This document shows, piece after piece, positions 18,931-27,652 of a stretch of DNA of 64,000 nucleotides. This stretch comes from Candidatus Fimenecus sp. (lineage in GTDB: Bacteria; Bacillota; Clostridia; Oscillospirales; Acutalibacteraceae), in assembly GCA_052298855.1 (NCBI GenBank), contig DAVZXP010000005.1, positions 109,253-173,252 of the forward strand. The letters are read 5' to 3'. Numbering within the stretch: position 1 is the first letter of the stretch; every line of letters begins with the position of its first letter. Both the position numbers and the translations under genes were made by a program. The notes beneath the pieces are model-generated. The model saw only the letters and a program-made list of their open reading frames with translations. It did not search any database and was not told the origin of the DNA.

Positions 18931-19333
18931 GAATTTGGTGCATGATCCGATATTTCTTGCTGGAAAGTCGGAGACTGCGACAAAAGAAGATTTGCAGATC
19001 GCACAGGATCTGATTGATACGTTGATCACGCACAGAGACAGCTGCGTTGGTATGGCGGCAAATATGATCGGTGTCAAGAAACGTATCATCGCTTTTCTTG
19101 ATGAAAGTGGACGAACGCCTACATATACAGTGATGCTAAATCCGGAGGTTATTAAAAAAGACGGAGCTTATAACACTGAGGAGGGATGCCTTTCACAACT
19201 TTATGGTCATCGTAAATGCAAGTGCTATCAGACTATCAAAGTACAGTGGAAACGGCTGAATTTCAAACTCGTATCAAAACATTTATCGTCTGGTCCGCAC
19301 AAATTATCCAGCACTAAATTAATCATTGAATGA
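18920..19333 (+). pseudogene. def: peptide deformylase, decayed (frameshift, and HExxH destroyed)
   Basis: Motif 1 GMAANMIG and motif 2 EGCLS are present. After about 19250 the conserved C-terminus continues in another frame as ETAEFQTRIKTFIVWSAQIIQH-stop-INH-stop, so the Glu of HEIDH is a TAA codon. Confidence 0.6.
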
Positions 19334-19373
19334 AATATTAATATAAGCGAATTTATACTAAAGGAAATTCTTT

Positions 19374-20363
19374 ATGATAGAGTATACAGAAAACGAAAAA
19401 CAGTTAAATGGATATGATTTTATAGATTTGTTTTGTGGCATAGGTGGATTTCATTTAGCCTTGTCATCTTTGGGTGCTAACTGCGTATTTGCATCAGATA
19501 TTGATAAAGAAGCATGTAAGGTATATGAAACAAATTTTGGATTAAAGCCACATGGTGATATTACAAAAATAGCAGAAGAAAAAATACCCAAGCACGATAT
19601 TCTTTGTGCTGGTTTCCCTTGCCAACCTTTTAGTATTTCGGGAAATCAGCAAGGATTTGATGATGAGCAAGGGAGAGGGAAGTTGTTTTTCGACATCGTA
19701 AGAATTGCCAAATATCACAAACCTAAAGTGTTGATATTAGAAAATGTGAAGAATTTCGAAAAACACGATGGTGGAAAAACTATTAAAAGGGTAGAAAAAG
19801 AACTTAATGATATAGGATATACATTTTTTTCTGAAGTACTATGTGCATCAGATTTTGATGTGCCTCAACAGCGCAAAAGAATATATATAGTAGCATTTCG
19901 AAATGACTTGAATATTGATACATTTGAGTTCCCACAGGGGCTCAACAAATTTAAAGTATTGAAGGATGTTTTGATAACTAAAGCAGAAAACAAAATCAAA
20001 GGTAATTACTATATCGATAGAGAATACACAATTAAAAGTAACCCAAAACGAAAAGAGAATAAATTGATTAGAATTGGCGAGATAGGTCTGGGTCGCCAGG
20101 GAGAAAGAATTTATTCAATTAACGGTCAAGCCACAACGTTATCTTCACAAGGTGGAGGCTTGGGCGGAAAAACAGGACTGTATTTGATTCGAAAAAAAGT
20201 GCGCAAGCTATTTCCACGTGAATGTGCACGGGTAATGGGTTTTCCGGATAGTTTTAAATTGTCACATAGTCAGGAACAAAACTATAAGCAATTTGGAAAC
20301 AGTGTAGTTGTTGATGTTATTCAAGCTATAGTAAAAGAAGTTATTAAAAAAATCGAGGGATAA
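19374..20363 (+). CDS. DNA (cytosine-5)-methyltransferase
   Basis: Motifs LFCGIGG (I), GFPCQPFS (IV), ENVKNF (VI), QQRKRIYIV (VIII) and FGNSVVV (X). Confidence 0.93.
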   Translation: MIEYTENEKQLNGYDFIDLFCGIGGFHLALSSLGANCVFASDIDKEACKVYETNFGLKPHGDITKIAEEKIPKHDILCAGFPCQPFSISGNQQGFDDEQGRGKLFFDIVRIAKYHKPKVLILENVKNFEKHDGGKTIKRVEKELNDIGYTFFSEVLCASDFDVPQQRKRIYIVAFRNDLNIDTFEFPQGLNKFKVLKDVLITKAENKIKGNYYIDREYTIKSNPKRKENKLIRIGEIGLGRQGERIYSINGQATTLSSQGGGLGGKTGLYLIRKKVRKLFPRECARVMGFPDSFKLSHSQEQNYKQFGNSVVVDVIQAIVKEVIKKIEG

Positions 20364-20366
20364 ATT

Positions 20367-22493
20367 ATGGGAAGTAAAGCTTCGTTTAAATTAGCATATT
20401 CAGCGTTGAAAATGTTTGGAAAGCAACTTTATTCCAATGTCGGTGCCGCTATATCTGAGTTGGTTGCTAACGGGTTTGATGCCGGTGCTGATGATGTCTA
20501 TGTTGTAATAGATGCAAGAAACAAATCTGCTGCTACGGTAGAAATTTTAGACAATGGGTCAGGAATGTCTCCAGAACATATTGAAGAGAATTATGTAAAA
20601 ATTGGATATAACAAAAGAGAACATGAAAAAAATGCTGACACTGCTATGGGTCGAAAAGGAATAGGAAAATTGGCAGCTCTTTATATGTCAAATAAGTTTA
20701 TATTAGTTTCTAAGACGAAAAAAGACAAATGTTCTTCATGGGAATTGGATGTTACGAAAATCAAAAATGACGATGATGCGCCTGATTTGGTGCAAATAAC
20801 GGATGTAAATTTACAGCAATCACAATGCTTTGATATTTGGAATTCTCAAAAAACAGGGACTTTTATATATCTTGAAAATGTGGATTTAAGAGGGTTCGGT
20901 CAAAGAGGATTAGAGTCGATTCGCAAGAGATTATCAAACTATTTCTTGTTGGACGAACTTCGAAAAAATATTTATATTATGGTAATCCTTGATGATGAGA
21001 CTCCACGCGAATTCGTTAAAGTTGAGAAACAAATAGCCTTTAAGAATATGGTATGTATTTATGCATCTGATACAAGTCGTTTTGAAGATCTTAAAAGTAA
21101 TATATTTTCGATAGAGTATACCAACAAACTTAAACAAATTAAAGAATACGAGGAAACAACTACAATAAAAGAACTCGAATCAGCTAAAGATAATTTTAAT
21201 ATTTCTGGTGAGATTACCGTTGACGGTATAACAAAAAAGTACGTTTTATCGGGTTGGGTTGGAGTCCATTGCACAATTGATGAGGATAAAGCCAAAAAGA
21301 ATGACGATGCATATTTTAAAAGTACTTTTTATAATCCTAATCAGTTAAGGTTATACGTAAGAAACAAATTGGCAGTTGCTAATATGAGAGAATATCTTGG
21401 TATTAAGCAGGCCTTCGCAAACTATATCGAAGGTGAGGTTTCATTTGATATTCTTGATGACAATGATATGCCCGACATTGCAACGGCGGGACGGCAAGAC
21501 TACGACACTGCGGATCCGCGCTTTTTAAAATTATGTGAATTACTAAAAGTTATAGGCGATAGCCTTGTGAGGAGTAGACAAGCCTTAGCGGATAAACTAA
21601 AAGATGAAAGAAATGCGAGTGATATGAAAATCTCTACCGCCGCAAAGAAAAACTTTGCGGTTGGTTTTGCTCAGGCAGTGCATAGATTACCTATCACACA
21701 AGCAGACAAAAGCGAATTAATTAACACAACAGTAAATCAGTTAGAGGGAGATGTAGAAGCCAAGGGACAATATACTGTGTTTATTTCTCATTCCAGTCAA
21801 GATAAATTTCTATCGGATTTCTTTTATCACTATTTGGTAAAAAGAGGCTTCAATGGTGATATGAAAGACTTGGATAATTGTGAAGTTTTTTATTCAAGTG
21901 CCGGAATGGATAAAGCTTCTATGGAGAGTTTGGCGAGCACAATTAGAGATTTCTTAATTGCTAAAGATAACGATGTGCTTATGGTTACTTCCTCAGGGTA
22001 TAAAGACAGTGAGTTTTGTATGTTTGAGGGTGGTGCAGTATGGGCAACTAAAGCTGATAAACATAGATTGATTGCCATCGATTATGATACTATACCAAGT
22101 TTTTTGAAGAATGGTAGTCCAGAGATATGTTTTAGTGATACAGATAAAAACAGTTACCAGTTTAACGAGCAATTGTATGAAGATATATTAGCTGTGTTGA
22201 CACGTATAATGATTCATCTTAATCAAAATAGGATTGTAAGAGGAGAAAAGGAAATATCTATTCCTGAGAGACCAAACTTTCCAGACAAAGTTGAGCTCAA
22301 AAAGACAGGAAAGACTATTAAAGATTATATGGATCCTCTGATATTAGAATACTGGGATACCTATGTGTTGGATCAGGTTGATGATTACATAAATTACCGT
22401 GCAGGAAAAAAACTTTTGCAGAAAAAGCTTGAAGAAACAGAAAGGGAGTTTTGGGAAGAGTATAAATCCAAAAAGTTAGCTTTGGCTGAATAA
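20367..22493 (+). CDS. GHKL (HATPase_c_3, MORC/MutL-like) ATPase fused to a C-terminal TIR-like domain
   Basis: Bergerat-fold boxes ELVANGFDAGA, DNGSGM and GRKGIGKLA at the N-terminus. C-terminal region (~aa 470-620) reads VFISHSSQDK...VFYSS...VLMVTSS...SEFCMFEGG. The ATG lies 3 nt after the MTase stop. Confidence 0.7.
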   Translation: MGSKASFKLAYSALKMFGKQLYSNVGAAISELVANGFDAGADDVYVVIDARNKSAATVEILDNGSGMSPEHIEENYVKIGYNKREHEKNADTAMGRKGIGKLAALYMSNKFILVSKTKKDKCSSWELDVTKIKNDDDAPDLVQITDVNLQQSQCFDIWNSQKTGTFIYLENVDLRGFGQRGLESIRKRLSNYFLLDELRKNIYIMVILDDETPREFVKVEKQIAFKNMVCIYASDTSRFEDLKSNIFSIEYTNKLKQIKEYEETTTIKELESAKDNFNISGEITVDGITKKYVLSGWVGVHCTIDEDKAKKNDDAYFKSTFYNPNQLRLYVRNKLAVANMREYLGIKQAFANYIEGEVSFDILDDNDMPDIATAGRQDYDTADPRFLKLCELLKVIGDSLVRSRQALADKLKDERNASDMKISTAAKKNFAVGFAQAVHRLPITQADKSELINTTVNQLEGDVEAKGQYTVFISHSSQDKFLSDFFYHYLVKRGFNGDMKDLDNCEVFYSSAGMDKASMESLASTIRDFLIAKDNDVLMVTSSGYKDSEFCMFEGGAVWATKADKHRLIAIDYDTIPSFLKNGSPEICFSDTDKNSYQFNEQLYEDILAVLTRIMIHLNQNRIVRGEKEISIPERPNFPDKVELKKTGKTIKDYMDPLILEYWDTYVLDQVDDYINYRAGKKLLQKKLEETEREFWEEYKSKKLALAE

Positions 22494-22566
22494 AGATTTT
22501 AGCAAAATTCTCTGGACTTTCGCAAACCTTTGTGGTACTGTTGTGTACTGCAAAGGAGGTGCGGAT

Positions 22567-22830
22567 ATGGCACAGATGAGTTTAGAAGAATTGTACCGCG
22601 GAGAAGGTGCGGGAGAAAAGTACAGTATCTTGGGAAAAGTTATGAAAGACTTCCTCCAAAATGGGCGTCCGTCGGAATACGACGAGCGTACTTGGCTTGA
22701 AATGCTGCTTGTCAAGCACGCGCTGATTGCGGCAGAGAAAATGAAAAGTGAGGGCGACACGGTGTCGGGTATGACCGATAGCGTGCCGCCCTCTTCCTAT
22801 GTGAGGTGGAATGAGCATGACAACACTTGA
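22567..22830 (+). CDS. hypothetical small protein (mobile-element associated)
   Basis: AAGGAGG RBS before ATG 22567. Overlaps the next ORF by 20 nt. Confidence 0.45.
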   Translation: MAQMSLEELYRGEGAGEKYSILGKVMKDFLQNGRPSEYDERTWLEMLLVKHALIAAEKMKSEGDTVSGMTDSVPPSSYVRWNEHDNT

Positions 22831-23092
22831 AGATCTGTATTACGGAAATATCGCTCCGCACGAACACAGTTTTAAGCGCGGGAGTGCTTACAGCGAAGTG
22901 TTGAGCTATGTTATTCGGCATCAGGACAGCTTGATACCGACGCTCACGGTTCAGCAGAAAGAAGTCTTTGAAAAGCTCAAAGACTGCGAGGTGGAACTGC
23001 ACGGTATGAATGAGCGCGAAGCGTTTATCAGCGGCTTTAAGCTTGCGGCGAGAATCATGACCGAAGTGTTGTACGAGCCGTCAGAGAATTGA
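22811..23092 (+). CDS. hypothetical small protein (mobile-element associated)
   Basis: GAGGTGG RBS; 93 aa. Followed by a hairpin at about 23106-23135. Confidence 0.45.
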   Translation: MSMTTLEDLYYGNIAPHEHSFKRGSAYSEVLSYVIRHQDSLIPTLTVQQKEVFEKLKDCEVELHGMNEREAFISGFKLAARIMTEVLYEPSEN

Positions 23093-23238
23093 ATTTGCAG
23101 AAACAAGGCCGAGCCGATTTCGCGGTTTGGCCTTGCGATTTTCAGTTCGACACAGCACGGTTAAAATCTGCACCGCAGAAAACAAAGAAAACAGTATTCC
23201 CGCAAAAGCGCCGAAATATACACTGTTGGCGCAAAAAC

Positions 23239-23267
23239 TTGACAGAATTTTTCCGGTATGTTATACT
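23239..23267 (+). promoter_or_regulatory. sigma-A-type promoter of the xis-rep-int module
   Basis: TTGACA (23239-23244), a 17-nt spacer, then TATACT (23262-23267). Confidence 0.6.
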
Positions 23268-23452
23268 GCAAGTAAATAAAGCAACCGACAATTGAATACA
23301 CATATTTCTGTTTTGAGTTTCAGACTCGCACTTACATAATCACCGATGCAGATCAGCATCGGGATTGAGTGCGGGTCTTTTTGTTTTGCAAAACAGCAGT
23401 CCTCTACATAACACGGCGAAAAACCGTGTGAATTTAACAGGAGGAAAAACCA

Positions 23453-23662
23453 ATGAAAGAATCTGTTTACACCGCTTATGAGGATCTGCCACTGTTCCTT
23501 AATGCTGAAACGGTAGCCAAGCTCCTCGGCATCTCCATCTCAAGCAGCTACGAGCTGATGCACGAGAAAGGATTTCCGTCGTTGCGTATCGGCTCACGGC
23601 TCATCGTACCGAAAGAGAAGTTCCGCGCATGGGTCGAAGAAAAGACGGGAGGCAGCATTTGA
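23453..23662 (+). CDS. excisionase-like HTH (MerR/HTH_17-type) DNA-binding protein
   Basis: 69 aa with LLGISISSSYELMHEKGFPSLRIGSRLIVPKEKF. AGGAGG RBS. Lies upstream of the integrases. Confidence 0.7.
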   Translation: MKESVYTAYEDLPLFLNAETVAKLLGISISSSYELMHEKGFPSLRIGSRLIVPKEKFRAWVEEKTGGSI

Positions 23663-24099
23663 AGTTCACCCGATATCCAAAGCGTGATGCGATCCGGGAT
23701 TATTTCCCCGTGCCGAATGAAATTTTCAGCTTGGGTCTCAGCACCGGTGAGATCGCAGTGTATGCGTATCTGATGTACTGCGAGGACAGGAAAACATTTC
23801 AATGCCATCCAAGCTACAAAACGATTGGCAACGCTGTCGGCATGAGCAAAAACACCGTCAAGAAATATGTGGACAGACTGATTGAAAAACGGCTAATCAC
23901 TGCCGAGCCTACCTCAGTCATCACCCAAAAAGGAGAAAAACGCAACGGCAATTTGCGCTATACAATACGCCCGATTGCGGAAGCATTAGAGCAGTATTAC
24001 GAGCAACAGCTGATACGGCTGCACGAAGAAGTTCGGCGTCAGGTGGCTTTGAAAAAACTCGCCGAATTTGACCGCAAACATGGAAAATCGGCGGTTTGA
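23629..24099 (+). CDS. HTH domain protein of integrative elements (replication-initiator/regulator-like)
   Basis: Winged-helix-like segment YKTIGNAVGMSKNTVKKYVDRLIEKRLI. The more likely start is TTG 23659, which follows GGGAGG. Confidence 0.55.
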   Translation: MGRRKDGRQHLKFTRYPKRDAIRDYFPVPNEIFSLGLSTGEIAVYAYLMYCEDRKTFQCHPSYKTIGNAVGMSKNTVKKYVDRLIEKRLITAEPTSVITQKGEKRNGNLRYTIRPIAEALEQYYEQQLIRLHEEVRRQVALKKLAEFDRKHGKSAV

Positions 24100-24372
24100 C
24101 GGCAGTTTTACGGCTCGTCCGAAAACAAGCAGGAGAAAGCCGAGGGGTTGCACGGCAATCCCTCGGCGGCTCACAGCGGACGGCAACGCCGACCGCATAA
24201 GGCTTTGTGCGGCTTTTAAGAACGGTTATAAAAGCCTCAATTTAGGGGTTGCGGCGATAAAAACCTCGCTGATTTAGGGGTTGCGAATTTTACCGCAAAT
24301 TTAGCTGGATATTCCGCCATGTATGTGGTATTGTGTGTTCGGCTGGTGAGAGCCCTGCTAGGAGGTGATACC

Positions 24373-25548
24373 ATGGCAAAACGAAGACCGTCGAGAGACG
24401 GTATGGTGCGCAAGCGCGAAGACGGAAGATGGGAAGGCCGCATCGTTGTCGGTCACAAAAAGAACGGCGATCCGATTCACCGCTATGTGCTTGCCCGAAC
24501 ACAAAAGGAGTTAATCGTAAAGCTCCACGACTGCATCGAGATGTACCGCGATGCCGACCTCACCGAGGATTCGAATATGACGCTCGGCGAATGGCTCGAC
24601 CGATGGATCAATGAATATATGATCTTCACGATTCGTGAAAGCACGCTTGATTCTTACAAAGCGATGATTAAAAATCAAATCAAACCGTATCTCGGCGACA
24701 GACCTTTGTCGGCGCTGACCACGCAGGAGCTTCAAAAATTCTATAACACCGTCAAAAAGAAAGGTCGTGTGAAACCGGACAAGCTGCACGGCACAGAGCT
24801 TGCCGACAGCATGGTGCGCGGTATTCATATGATGCTGCACGAAGCACTCGATATGGCGGTGCGCCTACGGCTGATTGTTAAAAATCCAACGGTCGGCACA
24901 ACGATTCCCAAAAACAATTATCCGCCGAAGCAGATACTCAATGACGAACAGCTTGACAGATTTATGAAACGCATTAGGCAGGATGAGCGGTGGTACGATT
25001 TCTTCTACACCGAGCTGACCACAGGACTGCGGCGGGGTGAAATCTGCGGACTGAAGTGGGAGGACTTCGATGCGGAAAACGGAAAGCTGAAAGTGAGGCG
25101 CTCGGTTGCTAAAAGGAAAGGCGGCGGATTGAATATCGGCGAAACCAAAACCGAGACGGGAACGCGCACGATCGTCCTGCCGCCGAGCACTGCGGAACTT
25201 CTGCGGAAGCGAAAAGAAACGGCAGTCAGCGAATGGATATTCCCGAATATCTATGAGCCCGAAAAACCGATGCACCCCGACTATGCTTACCACCGATTAA
25301 AAACACTGTTAAAACAGGCGGAGCTTCCGCTGATTCGGTTCCACGATCTGCGCCACACCTTCGCCACTCACGCGCTGGCAGGCGGTGTGGATGCGAAAAC
25401 CCTGTCGGGAATTCTCGGGCATACCAACGCCAGCTTTACGCTGGACACCTACACCCATGTGACCACCGATATGCAGAGAAACGCTTCCGCTATCGTGGGG
25501 AGCTTTATGGATGAGATTATGCTTGAAGGAGATGATACCAATCGCTAA
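24373..25548 (+). CDS. tyrosine recombinase / phage-type integrase 1
   Basis: N-terminal AP2-like arm-binding motif (REDGRWEGRIVVG). Catalytic region has GLRRGE, HDLRHTFAT, LGH and the conserved Tyr in LDTYTHV. GGAGG RBS. Confidence 0.9.
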   Translation: MAKRRPSRDGMVRKREDGRWEGRIVVGHKKNGDPIHRYVLARTQKELIVKLHDCIEMYRDADLTEDSNMTLGEWLDRWINEYMIFTIRESTLDSYKAMIKNQIKPYLGDRPLSALTTQELQKFYNTVKKKGRVKPDKLHGTELADSMVRGIHMMLHEALDMAVRLRLIVKNPTVGTTIPKNNYPPKQILNDEQLDRFMKRIRQDERWYDFFYTELTTGLRRGEICGLKWEDFDAENGKLKVRRSVAKRKGGGLNIGETKTETGTRTIVLPPSTAELLRKRKETAVSEWIFPNIYEPEKPMHPDYAYHRLKTLLKQAELPLIRFHDLRHTFATHALAGGVDAKTLSGILGHTNASFTLDTYTHVTTDMQRNASAIVGSFMDEIMLEGDDTNR

Positions 25549-26962
25549 AAAAAGAAAAAATGGTGAGGGCACATTACGCCTGCGAAAAGACGGGCGGTGG
25601 GAAGGAAGAATTGTTGTCGGGTACAATGAGAAAAGCCTGCCTATTACAAAATGCGTAACGGCGAAAACAAAAACAGAATGTTCCACTAAGCTCGAAGCGC
25701 TGAAAGAACAGTACGGACGCTCTTCCGATAAAATTAAACCGGATATGCCGTTCGGGGATTGGATCGACTTCTGGTATCAGACATACTGCCGACACACACT
25801 CCGCATTACCACAAGAACCGACTACGAAAACCGCATTTACAATCATATCATTCCCGAAATCGGAAAAATTCCGCTGAACAGGCTGTCACAGTCGGATTTA
25901 CAGCAATTCTACGCAAAGGAAAAGACAGACGGAAGAAAACTGCACGCAAAAACCTACGGAAAGGGCCTTTCGGACAGAACGATAAGGGGGATACATGCCA
26001 ACTGCCGCACTGCTTTACAGCGGGCGGTGCAGGAGGGCTTAATTCGCACCAATCCCGCCGTCGGCTGTAAGCTGCCACCGAAGAAAGCACGGGAGATGCA
26101 GGTGCTCACGCAAAATGAAATTATCCGATTTCTGCATCAGGCAAAGGAAGAGGGATATTATGAGCTTTTTCTGCTGGAGCTCGGCACGGGAATGCGGCGC
26201 GGTGAAATATTGGCGCTCAAATGGAGCGACCTCAACTTCGCAACAGGAGAGCTTCGCATTGAACGGCAGGTATATATCATCAAGGCAGAGGTGATTATAT
26301 CAGCGCCGAAAACAAAAGCCTCGATACGCACCGTTATTCTGCCACCGTCACTCTTGAAAACCCTTGTGGCGTATAAGGAAACGGTGGATTCGGAATGGAT
26401 GTTTCCGTCACCGACGAATAACGGCAGACCGAGAAATCCGTCATCGGTTAGAAAACGGTTACAACTGATCTTGGAACGGGCGGGCTGTAAAAAGGTGCGC
26501 TTTCACGATCTGCGGCACACCTTTGCGACCATGGCGCTGGAGCACGGTATGGATGTGAAAACGCTCTCAGCAACTATAGGCCATGTGTCCTCGGCAACCA
26601 CGCTGGATATTTACAGCCATATCACCGATACTATGCAAAGGCAGGCGGCGGTGCATATCGACCGCAAAATCGGCGGTACAGACGCCCAAATGCCGACGGC
26701 TCAGCCGTCGGCAAGGAAAGATACCGTCCCAATCGAATTCACGCCGTACAAGCCGAAAATACGCAAACCCGGGACGGGCTGTGTCACGATGATAAACGAC
26801 CACCTGTATGAGGGACGGTACACTCCGACCAACGCCTACGGCAAGCGGGAAAGCCACAATATCTACGCGAAAACGCGCGAGGAATGCGAAGAAAAGCTCG
26901 CGGAAATGATTGTGCAGGTCAAGGCGCAAATCAAGGCGGAAAAAGAGAAAATGACAGGGTGA
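25511..26962 (+). CDS. tyrosine recombinase / phage-type integrase 2 with an extra C-terminal AP2-like segment
   Basis: RKDGRWEGRIVVG at the N-terminus. Catalytic region has GMRRGE, HDLRHTFAT, IGH and the conserved Tyr in LDIYSHI. The C-terminal ~90 aa repeat the arm-binding-like pattern (YEGRYTP...GKRESHNIYAKTREECEEKL). Overlaps int1 by 38 nt; the start is uncertain. Confidence 0.88.
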   Translation: MRLCLKEMIPIAKKRKNGEGTLRLRKDGRWEGRIVVGYNEKSLPITKCVTAKTKTECSTKLEALKEQYGRSSDKIKPDMPFGDWIDFWYQTYCRHTLRITTRTDYENRIYNHIIPEIGKIPLNRLSQSDLQQFYAKEKTDGRKLHAKTYGKGLSDRTIRGIHANCRTALQRAVQEGLIRTNPAVGCKLPPKKAREMQVLTQNEIIRFLHQAKEEGYYELFLLELGTGMRRGEILALKWSDLNFATGELRIERQVYIIKAEVIISAPKTKASIRTVILPPSLLKTLVAYKETVDSEWMFPSPTNNGRPRNPSSVRKRLQLILERAGCKKVRFHDLRHTFATMALEHGMDVKTLSATIGHVSSATTLDIYSHITDTMQRQAAVHIDRKIGGTDAQMPTAQPSARKDTVPIEFTPYKPKIRKPGTGCVTMINDHLYEGRYTPTNAYGKRESHNIYAKTREECEEKLAEMIVQVKAQIKAEKEKMTG

Positions 26963-27013
26963 CCGAAAAAGTCACTCTGTCAAAATTTGCGTCGCTGTAA
27001 ACAAAGAAAAGTC

Positions 27014-27652
27014 TTACCTGCGATATCCGTTTTTCTGGCACATTTCATTTATTGATTCTGCAAAAATCGAACGGGAGTGTTTATCAGGGTTATCATTGCA
27101 GTTTTTCTTGTATATGTAATAATCCTGCAACTCGCCCCAAAGGTTCTCCCTTTTTAACCAATCCATTTTCTTTTCTAATCCTACAAAACCCTTCCCCTGA
27201 TATTCCCAATAATAATAATTGTTATCTTTGTTGAACCGAATATACTGTTGTCTGCCATCAGTGCAGTTATACACTATTGCAAAATCACAGCTATGAATAA
27301 TGCGAGAATGAGAAGTGTCAACCTTTTTAATCGTAAGAACGCGAGTGGAATCCTCGCAAGATTTATATCCATAGCGAGGTGCAACACGGTCGATAGCAGT
27401 ACGTATTATTGTCCGTATTTCTTTAGGTTCAAAATCCTCATTATCGTCATTGACCTCGATGTTAATATCGAAGTCAAAACCGATGTTAGATTTTGCATCG
27501 TAGGTTATCATGTTACGGCTTGAACTGCCAATCGGTGTGAAGCTAAAAGTGAAATTGTCACGCACCAAATCCTGTACCATGTAAAGAATTTGATATAGCT
27601 CATCTTTTATAGGCTGAGCTTGTTTTTTGGTTACATACCTAAAGTCATGCAT
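27014..27652 (-). CDS. Pol-beta-fold nucleotidyltransferase with an OAS/CD-NTase-like signature
   Basis: N-terminal helix, then IGSSSRNMITYDAKSNIGFDFDINI (GSS...DxD), and a later acidic strand, SCDFAIVY. 212 aa with no adjacent partner gene. Confidence 0.5.
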   Translation of the reverse strand: MHDFRYVTKKQAQPIKDELYQILYMVQDLVRDNFTFSFTPIGSSSRNMITYDAKSNIGFDFDINIEVNDDNEDFEPKEIRTIIRTAIDRVAPRYGYKSCEDSTRVLTIKKVDTSHSRIIHSCDFAIVYNCTDGRQQYIRFNKDNNYYYWEYQGKGFVGLEKKMDWLKRENLWGELQDYYIYKKNCNDNPDKHSRSIFAESINEMCQKNGYRR

